Positions 26,320-39,240 of a DNA stretch of 64,000 nt are shown piece after piece. Position 1 is the first letter of the stretch. Every line of letters starts with the position of its first letter. The position numbers and the translations under genes were made by a program. The notes under the pieces were generated by a model that saw only the letters and a program-made list of their open reading frames with translations, did no database searches and was not told the origin of the DNA. Source of the stretch: Callorhinchus milii (taxonomy: Eukaryota); contig NW_024704745.1 of assembly GCF_018977255.1 (NCBI RefSeq), forward strand, positions 61,938,001 through 62,002,000. Reading direction: 5' to 3'.

Positions 26320-27208
26320 AGCTGAGCAGAGTTCCGGGGATAAATGCAGGATTGCCTATTTACTAATCCTTTGGCAAATTTGCAATTTAGAACTTGTTGT
26401 TTGTGTGTCTCTCAATAATCCATTGGCCATTTTCAGATCTTAATACTTCCCAGTATTTTGTGTGAATATTGCTGTGAGCAAATTGGCTGTCGTGGTCACC
26501 TACAAAAACTTGGTCACATGCATTTCACCCAAACTTTGAAGTGCATTGAGAAATTCTCAATGTTATAGGTGCTATATGTATATCAAATGCAAGCATAATT
26601 ATTTTTATCATAATTTTCATTATATTAAATGGAAAAACATTGTAGAAAACTAGAGGGTGAAGGACTGATATAAAAATAGTTCTCTTGTTTACCTATTAAT
26701 AAGGCAATCAATCATTCCTTTACATCTTGTACTACAAACAGTAGTTTTAAACCCCAGTCAGGCTCAGGAACTGACTATCAAGACTGCCACAGACGGTAGA
26801 CTCGATTCTGACAATCCATTGTGAAGTACGTCACCTTAGAGCCAGTTCAGCTGCAAGGATACCACACTACCACACTTATTCATGGTTTTCATGGTAGTTC
26901 AGCAATTTATTTTGACAATAGGTTCTTCTTTAGATAATATTCTGTCGAAATAACAACAACAACTTGGATTTACATTGCACCCTCCACGCCGGACGGCGTC
27001 TCAGAGCGCTTCACAGTAACGGATCCCGGGACCGAGCCAGGGGGAGGGGGTTGGAAGGTAACCAAAGTGCTGAATTATGATGAAAATCCTAAATAGCTTT
27101 ACATTATTTTTGATTTCTCTTTTTATGTTAAACGCTCTATAATTTCACTAACTCTCTTTCACACTTCATGCAAAAAAAAAAATTCTTTTTGCTGGCTTTG
27201 AGTTTCAG

Positions 27209-27362
27209 AATGAGCCGAGTGACTGATCGTTCTATGTGCTTTCCAGAGCGAGAGAAAAATGATCACATCCCCACAGCAGTCTTCAAAGTATTGCAGTTGG
27301 AGAGTGAAATGGGAAATGAACTGCGGTTCAATGACCCAATGTGGCCTAAGCAGTGGGAGCTG
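27209..27362 (+). CDS. Exon of a proprotein convertase (PCSK/kexin family), N-terminus of the mature catalytic domain; acceptor at 27209 or 27247
   Basis: Frame reads ...ELRFNDPMWPKQWEL, matching the family motif FNDPxWxxQW[YH]L. Donor CTG|GTAAGC at 27362/27363 is phase 0 and fits the next exon. Two candidate acceptors: tttcag|27209 and ttccag|27247. Confidence 0.85.
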
Positions 27363-27785
27363 GTAAGCATTGCATCACTAGTTATTCATTTTTGACTTTT
27401 AACCCTCTAAGCACAAGCTTCTCATACGTTCCTTTCTCCCATACAAACATGCACACAAAAAAGTGGGATCATCACAAAAAAGTGTAATCATAAATCAAAA
27501 TAAATGTGTTATTCTACTATTGTTGCTTCTTATGTGATGAGTCTTAAATCGGTTTCCATTTTATCAAGCAAATGAGCAGTTTAATTTGGCACCTTCCTGC
27601 TTTATTTTGTCATTGTTAGCAGAAGAAAGGAATTGCCAATGGAGTTTCCTCTCCATGTTTGCATTACCCCCATTTCTAGAAACAATAAAATAATTGGGAT
27701 ATTTGTCGAATGACATTCTAAGCAGTTTTGTTAAATCAATTATCATGCAGAAATTCATATAAAATTGACTCAAATAACTTATCGA

Positions 27786-28247
27786 TAATATCACACAGTT
27801 AAATCCACATTTACCAATATCTCACAGTTGCAATTCCCAGTTGCTTATATCTCACACAGATATAATCTATATTTATCAATATCTCATGAAGCTTACAATT
27901 CACATTTCACACAGTTACAATTTTCAGTTGCTAATTTCTCATGCAGGTACAATCGACATTTGTTAATATCTCATGCAGCTGCAATTCCCAGGTGCCAATA
28001 TCTTTCAAAGTTACAATTTGCAGCATTTAATATCTCACTCAGTTACAATCCGGTATACCACGTCTAATGCAGTTACAATTCACAATTCTTAATATTTCAC
28101 AGTTACAAATGGCAGGTGCTACTATCTCACACTTTTGCTGATATCTCCTACAAATTACAATTTGTTTGCTGATGTACCCATGCAGTTTATAATGCACATT
28201 TGCTGACATCATCGTGAAGTTTAGAAATCATGCTTGCTGAGATCTCT
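27786..28247. repeat. Degenerate minisatellite, ~30-32 bp unit, roughly 14 copies
   Basis: Recurring unit approximating AATATCTCATGCAGTTACAATTCACATTTGCT. Confidence 0.85.
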
Positions 28248-28981
28248 TGAGTTCAGATGTGTTTGCACTTTATAATACACTTTACCTTTGTGTCCAGGCA
28301 GTCTGTGATCTGCATTTGCTAATCTTGTATGGTTTTTCTCTCTTTTTCATGATTAGGTACATTTCAATGGGCAATTTTTGCCTTCTGGTCCCTCACTCTA
28401 GTGATCATTCTTCATGTGAGAGCATAGACATTGAAAGCTGAGAAGCTATTCCACCATGAAATCTGAGCCTGATCATTTTCTCGTCATGGATTATGACTGT
28501 GTGAGATATTAGTCCTGTACTTTCCAGAAAGGGTCAGTAAGCAGAAATAGGGAGTGAAAACCCTGGCTGATTATTGCAGTTTATAATCCAGAAGATCATT
28601 CTCAAAGAGTTCACAATGTGGGTCATCTGATATTCTTCCAGCAGGTTATTATCTGTGTATCATGTGGTTCTCATCTGAGACCCAAAATACCATCCAGTCT
28701 TAGACATGATCACACAGAATTGTGGAAAATTCTCTAATTCAGTCTTAATCTGGAAATTTGCTCATTTTAAGAGCTGCAATAAACTGGCTTTCCCAGTCTC
28801 CTGTTTCATTGAAATGTCAACCTAGACTTGAGCTCAAAGTCTTGACTTTGGTTTGAACCTACAATCTTCTAAGTGCAGAGACGAGAGTGCTACAAACTGA
28901 ATCAGGCTGATACATAATGAAACAATGCCATATGATATTTTGATCCAGTTTGTCAAATCTGGTACTAATAACAGAGTGTAT

Positions 28982-29205
28982 TAATAATAATAATAATAAT
29001 AATAACGCTTCCATTTGATATAGCACCTTATCATGTCTTCAAGAAGTATCAAAGCACGTTACAGAATTTATTGTAAAATGAATTGACTGTGTATTTTGTG
29101 GGCAAAACGCAGCAGCCAATTGAGCACAGCAGTGTCTCACAAACAGTCGTGCATTGAGTGACCAAATTTTTTTAAAATTTTTTTTCTTTGAAGGGATAAC
29201 CCCAC
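28982..29205 (-). mobile_element. 5'-truncated young SINE
   Basis: (TAA)n followed by the reverse complement of the SINE tail and body (gcagccaattg..acaaacagtcgtg..gagtgacca). Confidence 0.88.
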
Positions 29206-29714
29206 TGAGAACATTTATTTCCCAGAATTTGTGCAGCTGCATACAAGTGTGGTATAAACTAATCAAGTCCAGTATATCATAAATAATATGAAGAAAGTCC
29301 ATATGGAGCTAGACCAAAAATAATCCATATCTCTGGAGAAAGAAAATCACCCATGTCTTTGGGGAAGAAAAATCTTGAATAACACAAAACATAATCTACA
29401 ATGCTAGTATCAGAATAAAATCAATAGCATGCCTAACCTGTTGTCATCAAGCTTTTTTTAAATTTATGTATCAAGGTAGTGAGGAGGTTAATCTGCATGG
29501 TAACGTGGGTTAATATCAGTGGAGGATCCTTGGCGTGGGGGGTGCGGAGGAAGGTCAGGGGCCCTTATGACACCGCAATCACTTTGAGGTCAGCCAAACC
29601 GTATGTCAATCATTCAAAACTGACCCCAAATAACTTAATTACCTAGAAATTCATGATCATTTGCCATTATGAATCTTGTGCGAAGGCAACATGGCATGAG
29701 AGGATTGTTAACCA

Positions 29715-29925
29715 GAACAAAAACAGAAACTCCCTTCTCTTTTTGAATTGTGCCATGGAATTTTTAAAATACACCTGAACTGGCAGACTGGACCTCAGTT
29801 TAACATCTCATGCAAAGGACGGCATCTCCGACAATGTAACACACACCAGCATTGCACTGGAGTGTCAGCTAAGACTATGTGAATTCAACTCTTGACGTGG
29901 GGCACAATGTTCTGAGTCAGAGGCA
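29715..29925 (-). mobile_element. DeuSINE fragment
   Basis: Reverse complement of the Deu core (gccatgg..tttaacatctcat..aaggacggca) and of the head (tctgagtcagaggc). Confidence 0.8.
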
Positions 29926-30804
29926 GGTGTGAGACCAGAATGTTGCAGGAATATCGGTTATAAAATCTTGGTTAAAACTACCTATGGGATCATTATCAAT
30001 TTCTTCAGGTCACTGATGAAACTTGAGCAGTCCCAAGTTTCTTTGTCTGTCCCAACTTTCAGCTCGAGTCTCCTTCACCTGCTCTTCATGCGACCTGCTC
30101 TGTTACAGATACAGCTCAATTTATGCAGGTTGAAAAGGGATGCACAGTATATGCCACTGCATATTTTAGCCTTATTACTTCTTCGTACAAAATAGTTTGA
30201 GCTAGAATGTGTGAATATCAGAAGATTGCAATCTGACATTTAATACTGTTAAAGAATACAAATCAGATCAATTCTCCAGGCATTGTGTTAACCCTTTCCA
30301 TTGAAACTCTTTACACTGAGCTTTAAATTAATTTCAACTCTATTTTCAGAGAATGTTGTCACATTATTAGCTGTTGCTTTAATAGATGCTGCAAATTCCG
30401 GAAATTGTTTTACTCTACCAATGGACAGTGTAATCAACGAGGGCTTAATTTCTCTTTAATTTTAGTTAATATACAGTATACTTCGAAAATGCAAAATAGT
30501 TAGTCTTTTGTAAATAAATAGTCTATTTCATATTATAACAATATAAATGTTTGTTAAACAAAGATGTTAATTTTCAATGGACAATATTGACATTTAATTT
30601 GCATTTATTTTGGGGCAAAATTTTATTTGATTTTTAGCAATCTTTTTGACTACAAAACCAGCCGACCTTTGGGTCATAATTTCACCATGGACATCACTTC
30701 AGTATGCTGATCATGAATGCAATCCCACTGACAATGGGCAAGCAATTTCACTTTCCACGTGCACTATTTGAGGTGCAGTCTTTATTGGCATGAATACATA
30801 GCAA

Positions 30805-30980
30805 TACAATACAATTTCTACAGTGCCTTTCACATCAGGAGGACATCTCAAAGTGACAATGGTTGATGGGCACCCGAGCTGGGGTGGGAGCTAATGAGGG
30901 TGAGAAAGGAAAAGAATGACCAAAAGTGCGGTCAAAGAGGAACATTTTGAGATATCCCTTGAACGAGGGGAGAAAGGGAT
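30805..30980 (-). mobile_element. L2 3' end fragment
   Basis: agtgcctttcacatcaggaggacatctcaaag tail and ggtcaaagaggaacattttgaga. Confidence 0.7.
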
Positions 30981-32564
30981 TTGCGGAAGTCTTCCTTGGA
31001 TCTTTAAAATAATCATTCTAAAGATTTAGGGATGCTTGCTTAGAAACATATAGTCACTACACGTCACAGAAAAAAACAATTGGTGAAGAACTTTGAAACA
31101 TTTTCATGATAAGTCACAAGATCAAATACAAGTGTTTTTTAATAGTATACATTTAGCTGCAGTGAGAAAGATCTAAAGGAATTGTATTGAATTCTGAGTT
31201 TGATTAATATTTTTGTATTTAAATTAAGTACTTGTACAATTGTCACTAAAAATAAACAAATATGAATAATTCATCAATTAGATGCTATTAAAACTTCAAA
31301 TACTCCCACTTAAAAAGATACTAAATATAAAAGTGATCTCTATTGTGGTTTTACCCTCAGCATTGTAACTGATTATCTATGAACCATGAAAGTTTTAGAC
31401 ATGTGTAACTGCAGACTGATATTTATAAGAAGGGAAATTGCTCCGACACATTTGAATGTATTTAAAATTCAGAATGAATATTGTTCCATCATAACAGTTA
31501 CTGCAACAAATATAATTGAATTTTTCATATTCAGCCCAGTCATCCAAGCACGTTATTCGTTTGAACATGATCTGTTGAGGAGCTATCCCTAGCAGACCAT
31601 TGATGATACAACTTCCACTATCAATCTAAAATACCTAATGCAATAATTGCCATGGCTTTCTCTTTCTCGCTAATTCAAGTCTTAGCAAATTCCCATTGTG
31701 GACTGTCTGTGGTTGAAGGAAATAGCATCAATGTATTTCAGACGAAACTTGATACATACAACAATAACAACAAATTACACTTGTATAGCGTCCTTCACGT
31801 CGGAAAGACACAAGGGAGAAAAGAAATGGAGGAGTATAGGAGGGGTGGAGTCTCCTGTAGAAAATAAACACCGGCTGGACTGATTGGGCTGAATATTGTG
31901 TTTGTGTGCTATAATATTTTATGTATTTCTTATGGCAAATCTTTTATATTTACTGCATGGTCATAAAAACACGAAGGGCCGAATGGCTGCCTTCTGCGTT
32001 GTAAATTTCTATGGTTCTAAGATTCCAAACAAACATCTTATTTAAGCAATGTATGAACATAATACTAGTAAAGGTTAAAGCACCGGTATTGTCTATATTT
32101 AGGTTTGTCAATATCTGGTCAATGGACATTCATTGGGTTTTCTGATTTTCTCCAAATCAAGGAGTGCTCTTAAATTTGAAGACTATTGGATTAGAGTATT
32201 GTTCTTTTCTAACTTTGGATCCAGGCAAATGGACTGGAATGCCCTCTTCCTGTCTTGTTGGTTCCTACGTCATTTTTGGAATGTGGAAACCCCTGGAGAG
32301 GCAGAGTCTATTGTAAGCTTCAAGAGGGAAGTAGGCAGGTATAATAAAGGCTTGATGGGGATAAGGCAGGACAGTGAGATTGAATGAGCAGCTTGCTCTG
32401 AGAGTCGGTGACTCAATGGGCTGAAGGTCATCCTCCTGTGATGTATATTTCTATGTTCCCATATTAGCTGGGCAACATCTATTTGTGGTATCATTGTCGG
32501 CTGATGGCCTGGATGTTGGAGTAGGCAATTTTTCTGTTTGAATTCAATCCAGAGTGGCAGGCTG

Positions 32565-33290
32565 AAACAATAGCAACAACTTGCATTTAAATAACACCCT
32601 TCACATTGAATAGCATCTTGGAGTGCTGCACGTTGGTGTGGTTGGAGGCCAAGCAAGAGAGAAGGGAGAGGGGGAGGTGACAGTCGACTTGGTCAAAGAA
32701 GTAAGTCTTAAGATGTGATTTAAAGATAAATAGGAATCAAGACTGAGGGACTGAGGCAGGGAGTTTCAGAGGTTAGGAGCATAGTATGGAAGTCTTCTTT
32801 CACTGCTAACTACAACAACAACTTGCAAATATATAGCGCCCTTCACGGAGGGTAGCATCCCGGAGTGCCAGACAGTCGGCTGATGGCCTGAATATTGAAG
32901 TAGGAGAGTTTGACACTGAGCCAGGGGGAAATGGAGGGGGCGATGACCGCAAGCATGATCAAAAAGGAAGGTCTTTAGATGGGATTTGAAAGTGGGGTCG
33001 GGCAATGTTACAGAGGTGGGTAAAGGTGGAGGGAGTCATGGCCCGGATGTGGGGATGAAGGACAGTTGAGGGTAGAACAAGACACCGAGGTTCCATATTT
33101 GCTCCGTGAGGTGTAGAATACATCCATGGAGCAGATCGGATAGGTAGGGAGGTGTGAGGGCATGAAGGGATTTGAAAACGAGTGAGAGGATCTTGAAATC
33201 GATCCGTTTGGTAATTGGGAGCCAGTGGAGCCTGGCAAGAACTGGTGTGATAGGGGTACAGAATTTTGTGTGGATGAGTACCCGAGCAGT
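32565..33290 (-). mobile_element. Two adjacent or nested L2 3' fragments (~32565-32800 and ~32810-33290)
   Basis: Two caacaacttgca tails, each followed by gtcggctgatggcctg-type or purine-rich UTR. Peptides FKSHLKTFLFD and LARLHWLPITKRIDFKIL-like on the minus strand. Confidence 0.85.
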
Positions 33291-34439
33291 GGAGCTTTGA
33301 AATAATTGAACTAAGAATCTTAGGTGAAATTAATTTGGCCAGCCTCAATCTGGAACTGTCTGCATTTTGCAAAAATTGGCATAAATTCATAATTCTCACT
33401 TTTGTTCCTTTTACACTGCTGGAAGTGAAGTAATTTCCCTTCAAGCAGAGGAGCAAAGGGAAGCAGGAAGCCTGATTTTAGGTTTTCTGTTCCCATTGGC
33501 AAAGGACTCGAATGAGTTCTCACATGTGCAGAACTGCAATATCTGCAGTGACTTTACACCAATTACCTTTGAAACTCTTTGAGATGTTTTAACGTTAAAG
33601 GCACTATATCAAATGCTAGAATTTTTATGATTTGCCACAGTTTGGCCCAAATGCATAATTGATCAAGATCAACTTGAATGCTATTTACTCTCCTCGTCCT
33701 CACTTGCCCACATAGCTAAGAATCAGCACATTTTATAAGAGTACAAGAAGACATGCTCTTCTCCTAGTCACTGATGAATATCAAGAGAGCCAGAGCAGAA
33801 AAAATTCTAGTCGATATCCCAGAGGAAACATTTTTTATATCCATTATCATCTTCTACCTGACAAAAGCTGTTTGACAATAAAATTGTCTGCCAAGGATTT
33901 AGAAATAAAAAATCTATTGTTTCTATCGTTGTGATTACAAATAGAAGCCACTAGCTTAATAAATCAGCAGTATAAACCTTCTTGGAGAATGATGTGACAG
34001 ATGTGGATGTGCAGACCAGATGAGGCATTCATGGCTGAATCTCTTTCTCCCACCCATTGGCTGTACCAAGCACTTCATAATAATCCTGATATTTTTTGCT
34101 TATATGTGGTATAGTGCCTTTCACATCGAGAGGACATCACTAAGGGCTTCACAGGATACTTGTAAAGTGTAGTGACTGTGTATTTTGTAGGCAAATTTGG
34201 GGTGAATGGTGGAGGTAGGTTTTTGAAACATCAATTCACTCCAAGGGCAGATCAAACTTAAAGGGGTTAAGCTATCAAAAGGGTTAATCAGTTCGACTGC
34301 AAGTAATTACCAATATCATTTCATCTCAATTAATTGTAATTGTTCAATTGGAATTTTCCCCTTTACGCTACGTTTAATGCAGTTGTTGTAAATAATTTAA
34401 TTCATAGTTTCCAGATAAGACTACAATGTAACAATTATT

Positions 34440-34757
34440 GGAGTCCTGTAGCTCAGTGGTTAGAGCACTCGCTTTGCAAGCGAGAGACCTGAGTTCAATT
34501 CCAGGCAGTGCGAAACCTTGGGCAAGTTTCCTTACTCCACACAGAGCCTAATAATAATCCCTCCAAAACCAAAAACAATTATAAATTGGTCATTTTCAAT
34601 ATACGACTGTTTGTGGGACATTGCTGTGCACAATTGGCTGCCTCGTTCGCCCACAAATATACAGTCAATTCACGTTACAGTGTGTTCTGTGAAGCGCTTT
34701 GGGACGTCCTCCCGACGTGAAAAGCGCTATATCAAATGCAAGGATTATTATTATTAT
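34440..34757 (+). mobile_element. Young tRNA-derived SINE (short subfamily), CpG-rich
   Basis: TAGCTCAGTGG A box, GAGTTCAATTCC B box, no central ctctgtttacc segment, and tail gggacgtcctcccgacgtgaaaagcgctatatcaaatgcaagga(tta)n. Confidence 0.95.
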
Positions 34758-36379
34758 CAGTTTGAAACTATAATTTCATCAATGATGCAAAGCATGTAGT
34801 AGACATTACTTTGGTCTTCCACCACTTGTAGAAAATAGGATTTGCATTCAGTTTGTTCTGAGCAAAATGTTTGTTTTGAGATAAATGTATACTGAAACCC
34901 GGGCTATTTGAACGATTGGTTTGGTTCGTAATTCCTGGTGTTTTACTTCACGTTACTATGAATTAAATATTGCAATAGGTTATAATTAAAACGCGAAATA
35001 CAAATCTCCACACATACACCCACACCAAGGTTCCTCAGAAATTTATTTTGTAATTTTTAGAATGGGTCATATAAAATAAATCAAATTCAAGACTTTTAGA
35101 AGGTTCATAAGAACTGTATTTTTTAAATAAGCTTTTTGTGGACAACCACCACACCAGAGGTCAGGGTTTTAAATACGAACACATGCTATGAAGGAAACCA
35201 TGCAGGAATTTTTTTTTAAATCTTCCTTGTTTTGTTAGTTTAGATTCTGAAAGAAGCTTTTGTGTGTAAAGATGTAACTCGAACCCAGGCCTGGAGCTAT
35301 GCCCTGTGGTACACAGACCACTATTTCTGCCCGGTACCAGCGCGAAAGAGACTAACAAGCCTCGTATCTCCAAAATGACACCAGCTTTTGTAAGGTTTAA
35401 TTTAATTTAACCATGGTGATAAAAAGGGCTTTTGTGCCATTCCCCTGCTTGCACTTAACAGAAAGGATCGAAGACTTGACTTGCTGCTGTTATTAGAAGA
35501 CGATCCATTTTAGAATATCACATTGGTTTGATTCCAGCGTTTAAAACCATATTCTTTGATTGTTGTCCAGAAATCGCCCGCTTCCGTTTTTCAGTCCCAT
35601 CTGCTTCCCTCTTGATGCCTTTATTTGTTAATATTTCCCTAACCAGCTTCATTGATTGCTGGACCAAGCTGCCAGAACAATAATTAAATTGGTCGTTTAT
35701 AGCTGAGGTAGAGGAGGAAATTCACTTTGGTGTGAAAAATTGAGGCTTTCCCAACAAAAGTTATGGAAAAGCTACTGAACATAGATTTGTTTTGTTATAT
35801 GAAAAAAAACAGCAATGTCAGGAGAGCTATTAGATAGCTTATCTCTTTTTCTACCTTGGCACGTGAATACTCCCAGTTCAGCGTGCTGTGTGTCAAATCT
35901 ATCATCTGATATGTCAGCTACCATTATTCCCACTTTTGTCACCAATTTTGACCAAAGGGTGAAAAATTGCTGTCAATACACTGGGAAAATTATTGCTGAA
36001 AAAGAGAAGCCTGTCTTTAGGTGTAAGCCAAGGTGAAAACACAGGAAAACTCTCCTTAGATTAGGTCTTGGCTAAGAGAATATTGATCTGTATGCTGAAA
36101 ATTGTTGATCCCTGGGAACAGATGACAAATGGTGGCAAAGAAAAAAAATCAAGTCTCTCGAAGGACATTCCAGCTGTACTGTGTTCACTGAAAGTATCTG
36201 TTTAGTATTAGTGGAACTTGTTTCTTGTCCCCAGCAGGGATTGAACTTGGCTTCTGCCAAACCTATTTGTTTTTTTGCACAGTTTTCCATTTCAATCTAT
36301 TTTACGTGTTTGAAGTGTTGGGTTTTATTTTACCCGAGATTCCCAGATTCTTTTCCATTGAATTGTATCACATTTGATG

Positions 36380-37240
36380 AATAAAAATAATAATTTTGTC
36401 ACTCAATCCACGACTGTTTGTGGGATACTCCTGTGCGCAATTGGCTGCCATGTTTCGTCAACAAAACACACTGTCACTACACTTTACAGTATATTCTGTG
36501 AGCGCTTTGAGACATCTCTAAGACGTGATAAGGTGCTATATCAAATGCAAGGATTATTAATTAGAGCTGCAGTTCACCTACAAAATACAGTCACTAAACT
36601 TTACAGTAAAACCCTGTGAAGTGCTTTGAGATATCATCCTTAAGTGAAAGGCACTACATGAAGTGCAAAGATTATTGGGGTCCTGTAGTTCAGGGGTTAG
36701 AGCACGCGCCTTGAAAGTGAGACACCTGGGTTCAATTCTAGGCAGGGCGAAACCTTGGGCAAGTTTCCTTACTCCATATGCCTAATAATAATCCTTCCAA
36801 AAAACAAAACAATAATAAATTGGTCATTTTTAATCCACGATTGTTTGTGGGACACTGTTGTACGCAATTGGCTGCTGCATTTCGCCCACAAATATACGGT
36901 CAATTCACTTTACAGCATATTCTGTGAAGCACTTTGAGACGTCTAGAAGACGTGAAAAGCGCTATATCAAATGCAAGGATTATTATTATTATTATTTAAG
37001 ATTGAGAAGGGAGAAATTGAGGTGTGTGTTTATTTAGTTGACACGGGGTTTCACAAAGAAACTCTAGAAATCTTTCTGTCATTGTAACTGTTAAGAGTGT
37101 TGTATAGTGTTTGGAACCAACTACAGCTGTTCACCTACAAATACAAAGTCACATCACAGTAAAAATCCTGTGAAGCGCTTTGAGACACCTCGATAACATG
37201 ATAAGGTGCTACATCAAATGCAACGATTATTATTATTATG
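36380..37240 (+). mobile_element. Cluster of four same-orientation SINE copies or fragments (36380-36561, ~36565-36676, 36677-36996, ~37125-37240)
   Basis: Four successive SINE tails. The copy at 36677 is a full short-subfamily element. Confidence 0.9.
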
Positions 37241-38834
37241 ATGGGAGGTTTTTCTTTCTACATAATGCAGAATGATGATTTAAGCGCAGTGATTCTAAAT
37301 TGTCACATTAAAATAATCAGCCACTATTATTGATTAATGATTCAGTACTCCAAAAGCAATTATCTTTCCACCAGGTTTTCTCTCTGTTTATTAATTTTAA
37401 ATGCATATACGGTATAATTTTGTTTAATTTTGACCAGGTGCTTGATATAGATTTAAACAATGCTATTTTGACTGTATACATGTTGCACCAGGAATAATGT
37501 GAGAGGATTTTAACCATACAAGTGATGGATCATGGGGACCCCATGCATTCATTTGTGGTTACGTGTTCATGAATTCACATCTCATATGTGGAACTAACTG
37601 CAGCTGTAGTCAATTATGAATTGAATGATACAATCCCACCCCCTTTTTAAGTATTCTTTAAAAAGAAGTGGAATATTTGATGAAGAGATGCCTGTGAATG
37701 CTGAAAATATTTCTTTGCTTTGGAGGACATCAAGAAGGATCACTCCCATGATGGTTTCACTGGCAGAGGAGAGTGTAGCCAATTGTTCATGTTGTGTCAG
37801 TGACAATGATCTTAGACATCAATGTTATGTTGCATTCAAGATGTTTGTCTGGCAATAAGTTTCTCTGTAAATTTAATAATTCTTGCATTTGGTATATCGT
37901 TAAAAATGTCTCAAAGCACTTCATAGGATTTACACCAAAGTAAAGTGGCTGTGCATTTGTAAGTAAAGTAAATCTCTTTAATCCCCTGCCCCCACAATGC
38001 ATGTTGTTCTGCAATTTGTTGTTTTAATGTACAGCTTTGTGTACCATTCAGAACTGAATATAACCATAAGCGCTTTGAGACAGCCCTTTGACATGAAAGG
38101 CGCTATATAAATGTAAATTATATTGTAAATACATTGTGTTGTATTGGTCAGGGGATAACTAGAGTTGAATTTCAGGGAGAGGGTGGTATTAGGATTTAAG
38201 AAGCTCTGAATGAGGGCTCCAAAGTCTCCGTCTATAAACCTACCAAGTTTTGATAAGTCCCCACCACCAAAAAGCAGTGTGTTTACCGAAAATGAAGAAG
38301 TCTTTTGAGTCACCACTGCTAGATTCAGGTCAATGGTAATTATTATATATAAAGCTTGCGTGCATGCATTTGTAGAAGGCACCAAGTGTAAACCATGTGT
38401 GAATGGTTTGGGACATCCTCCCGATGTGAAAGGCGCTCTATAAATGTAATTTTGTTGTTGTTGTGAATACACATGTACAGAGAGGTGCCCCTAATGATGT
38501 AATTTGCAACCAACCGCAATGTAGCGCTATCCCAGTAGAGTGTCAGCCTCAGCTACAAGCTCACATCCTTACGTGGAGGAGCTTGAACCTACAACCTTCT
38601 AACCTAGAGGCCCAGGTAATACCAGCTCAGTCAAGCTGGTACCCAAGACGTATGCTACGTGTCTCAGAATGAGTGTGGCACTAAAACCATGTCCATCCAT
38701 GACTGCACTCATTTTAAAAAAAAAGGATTAATCAGATTAATTCCTTGTTACAACCCTTTGCTACAACCTATTCGATATTTACAGCAGTGTCAATAACCTC
38801 TTCCAGATTTAGTCTCGCCACTGAATATTAGGTA

Positions 38835-39240
38835 GAACTTCTTCTGAGCCTGAAGGTTTGTGGGTTCAAGCCCCACGTTGGGTCTCTGACCTCCCAAAAT
38901 ACAGACCTAGGCTGACACTTCAGGACAGTGCTGCAATATCAGATATGCCATCCTTCGGATGAGACGTTAAACCGGGGCCCTGTCTGCCTGTTCAGGTGGA
39001 CATTAAAGATCCCATGGCACTATTCAAAAAGAGAAGGGAGTTTCTCCCAGTGTCCAACAATACCCCAGATAAAATTTCTCCTTCACTTTATGACTGCTTG
39101 TGGAACATTGCTGTGGGCAAATTGGCTGCCATATTTATGAACACAATACGGTCATTAATTTGACAGTAAGTCCTGTGAAGCACCCTAAGATGTCCCCCTG
39201 ACATGAAAAACGCTATGTGAATTGTAAGGATTATTATTTT
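38835..39240 (+). mobile_element. DeuSINE (SacSINE1-like), near full length
   Basis: ggttcaagcccc B box and core ccttcggatgagacgttaaaccggggccctgtctgcctgttcaggtggacattaaagatcccatggcactattc, then tail. Confidence 0.9.

Noticed and set aside
27786-28247. CRISPR-like periodic array
   Set aside because: The units are contiguous and degenerate with no unique spacers, there are no cas genes, and the context is eukaryotic.
34440-34512. Functional tRNA-Ala gene (and similar heads at 12187, 25959, 36677, 41603, 45200)
   Set aside because: Each continues into a SINE body and tail, has no Pol III terminator right after the cloverleaf, and has an imperfect acceptor stem.
37978-38472. 164-aa minus-strand ORF
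   Set aside because: It is assembled from antisense LINE/SINE tails (IYRAPFTSGGCPK, IAPFMSKGCLKAL) and has no domain.
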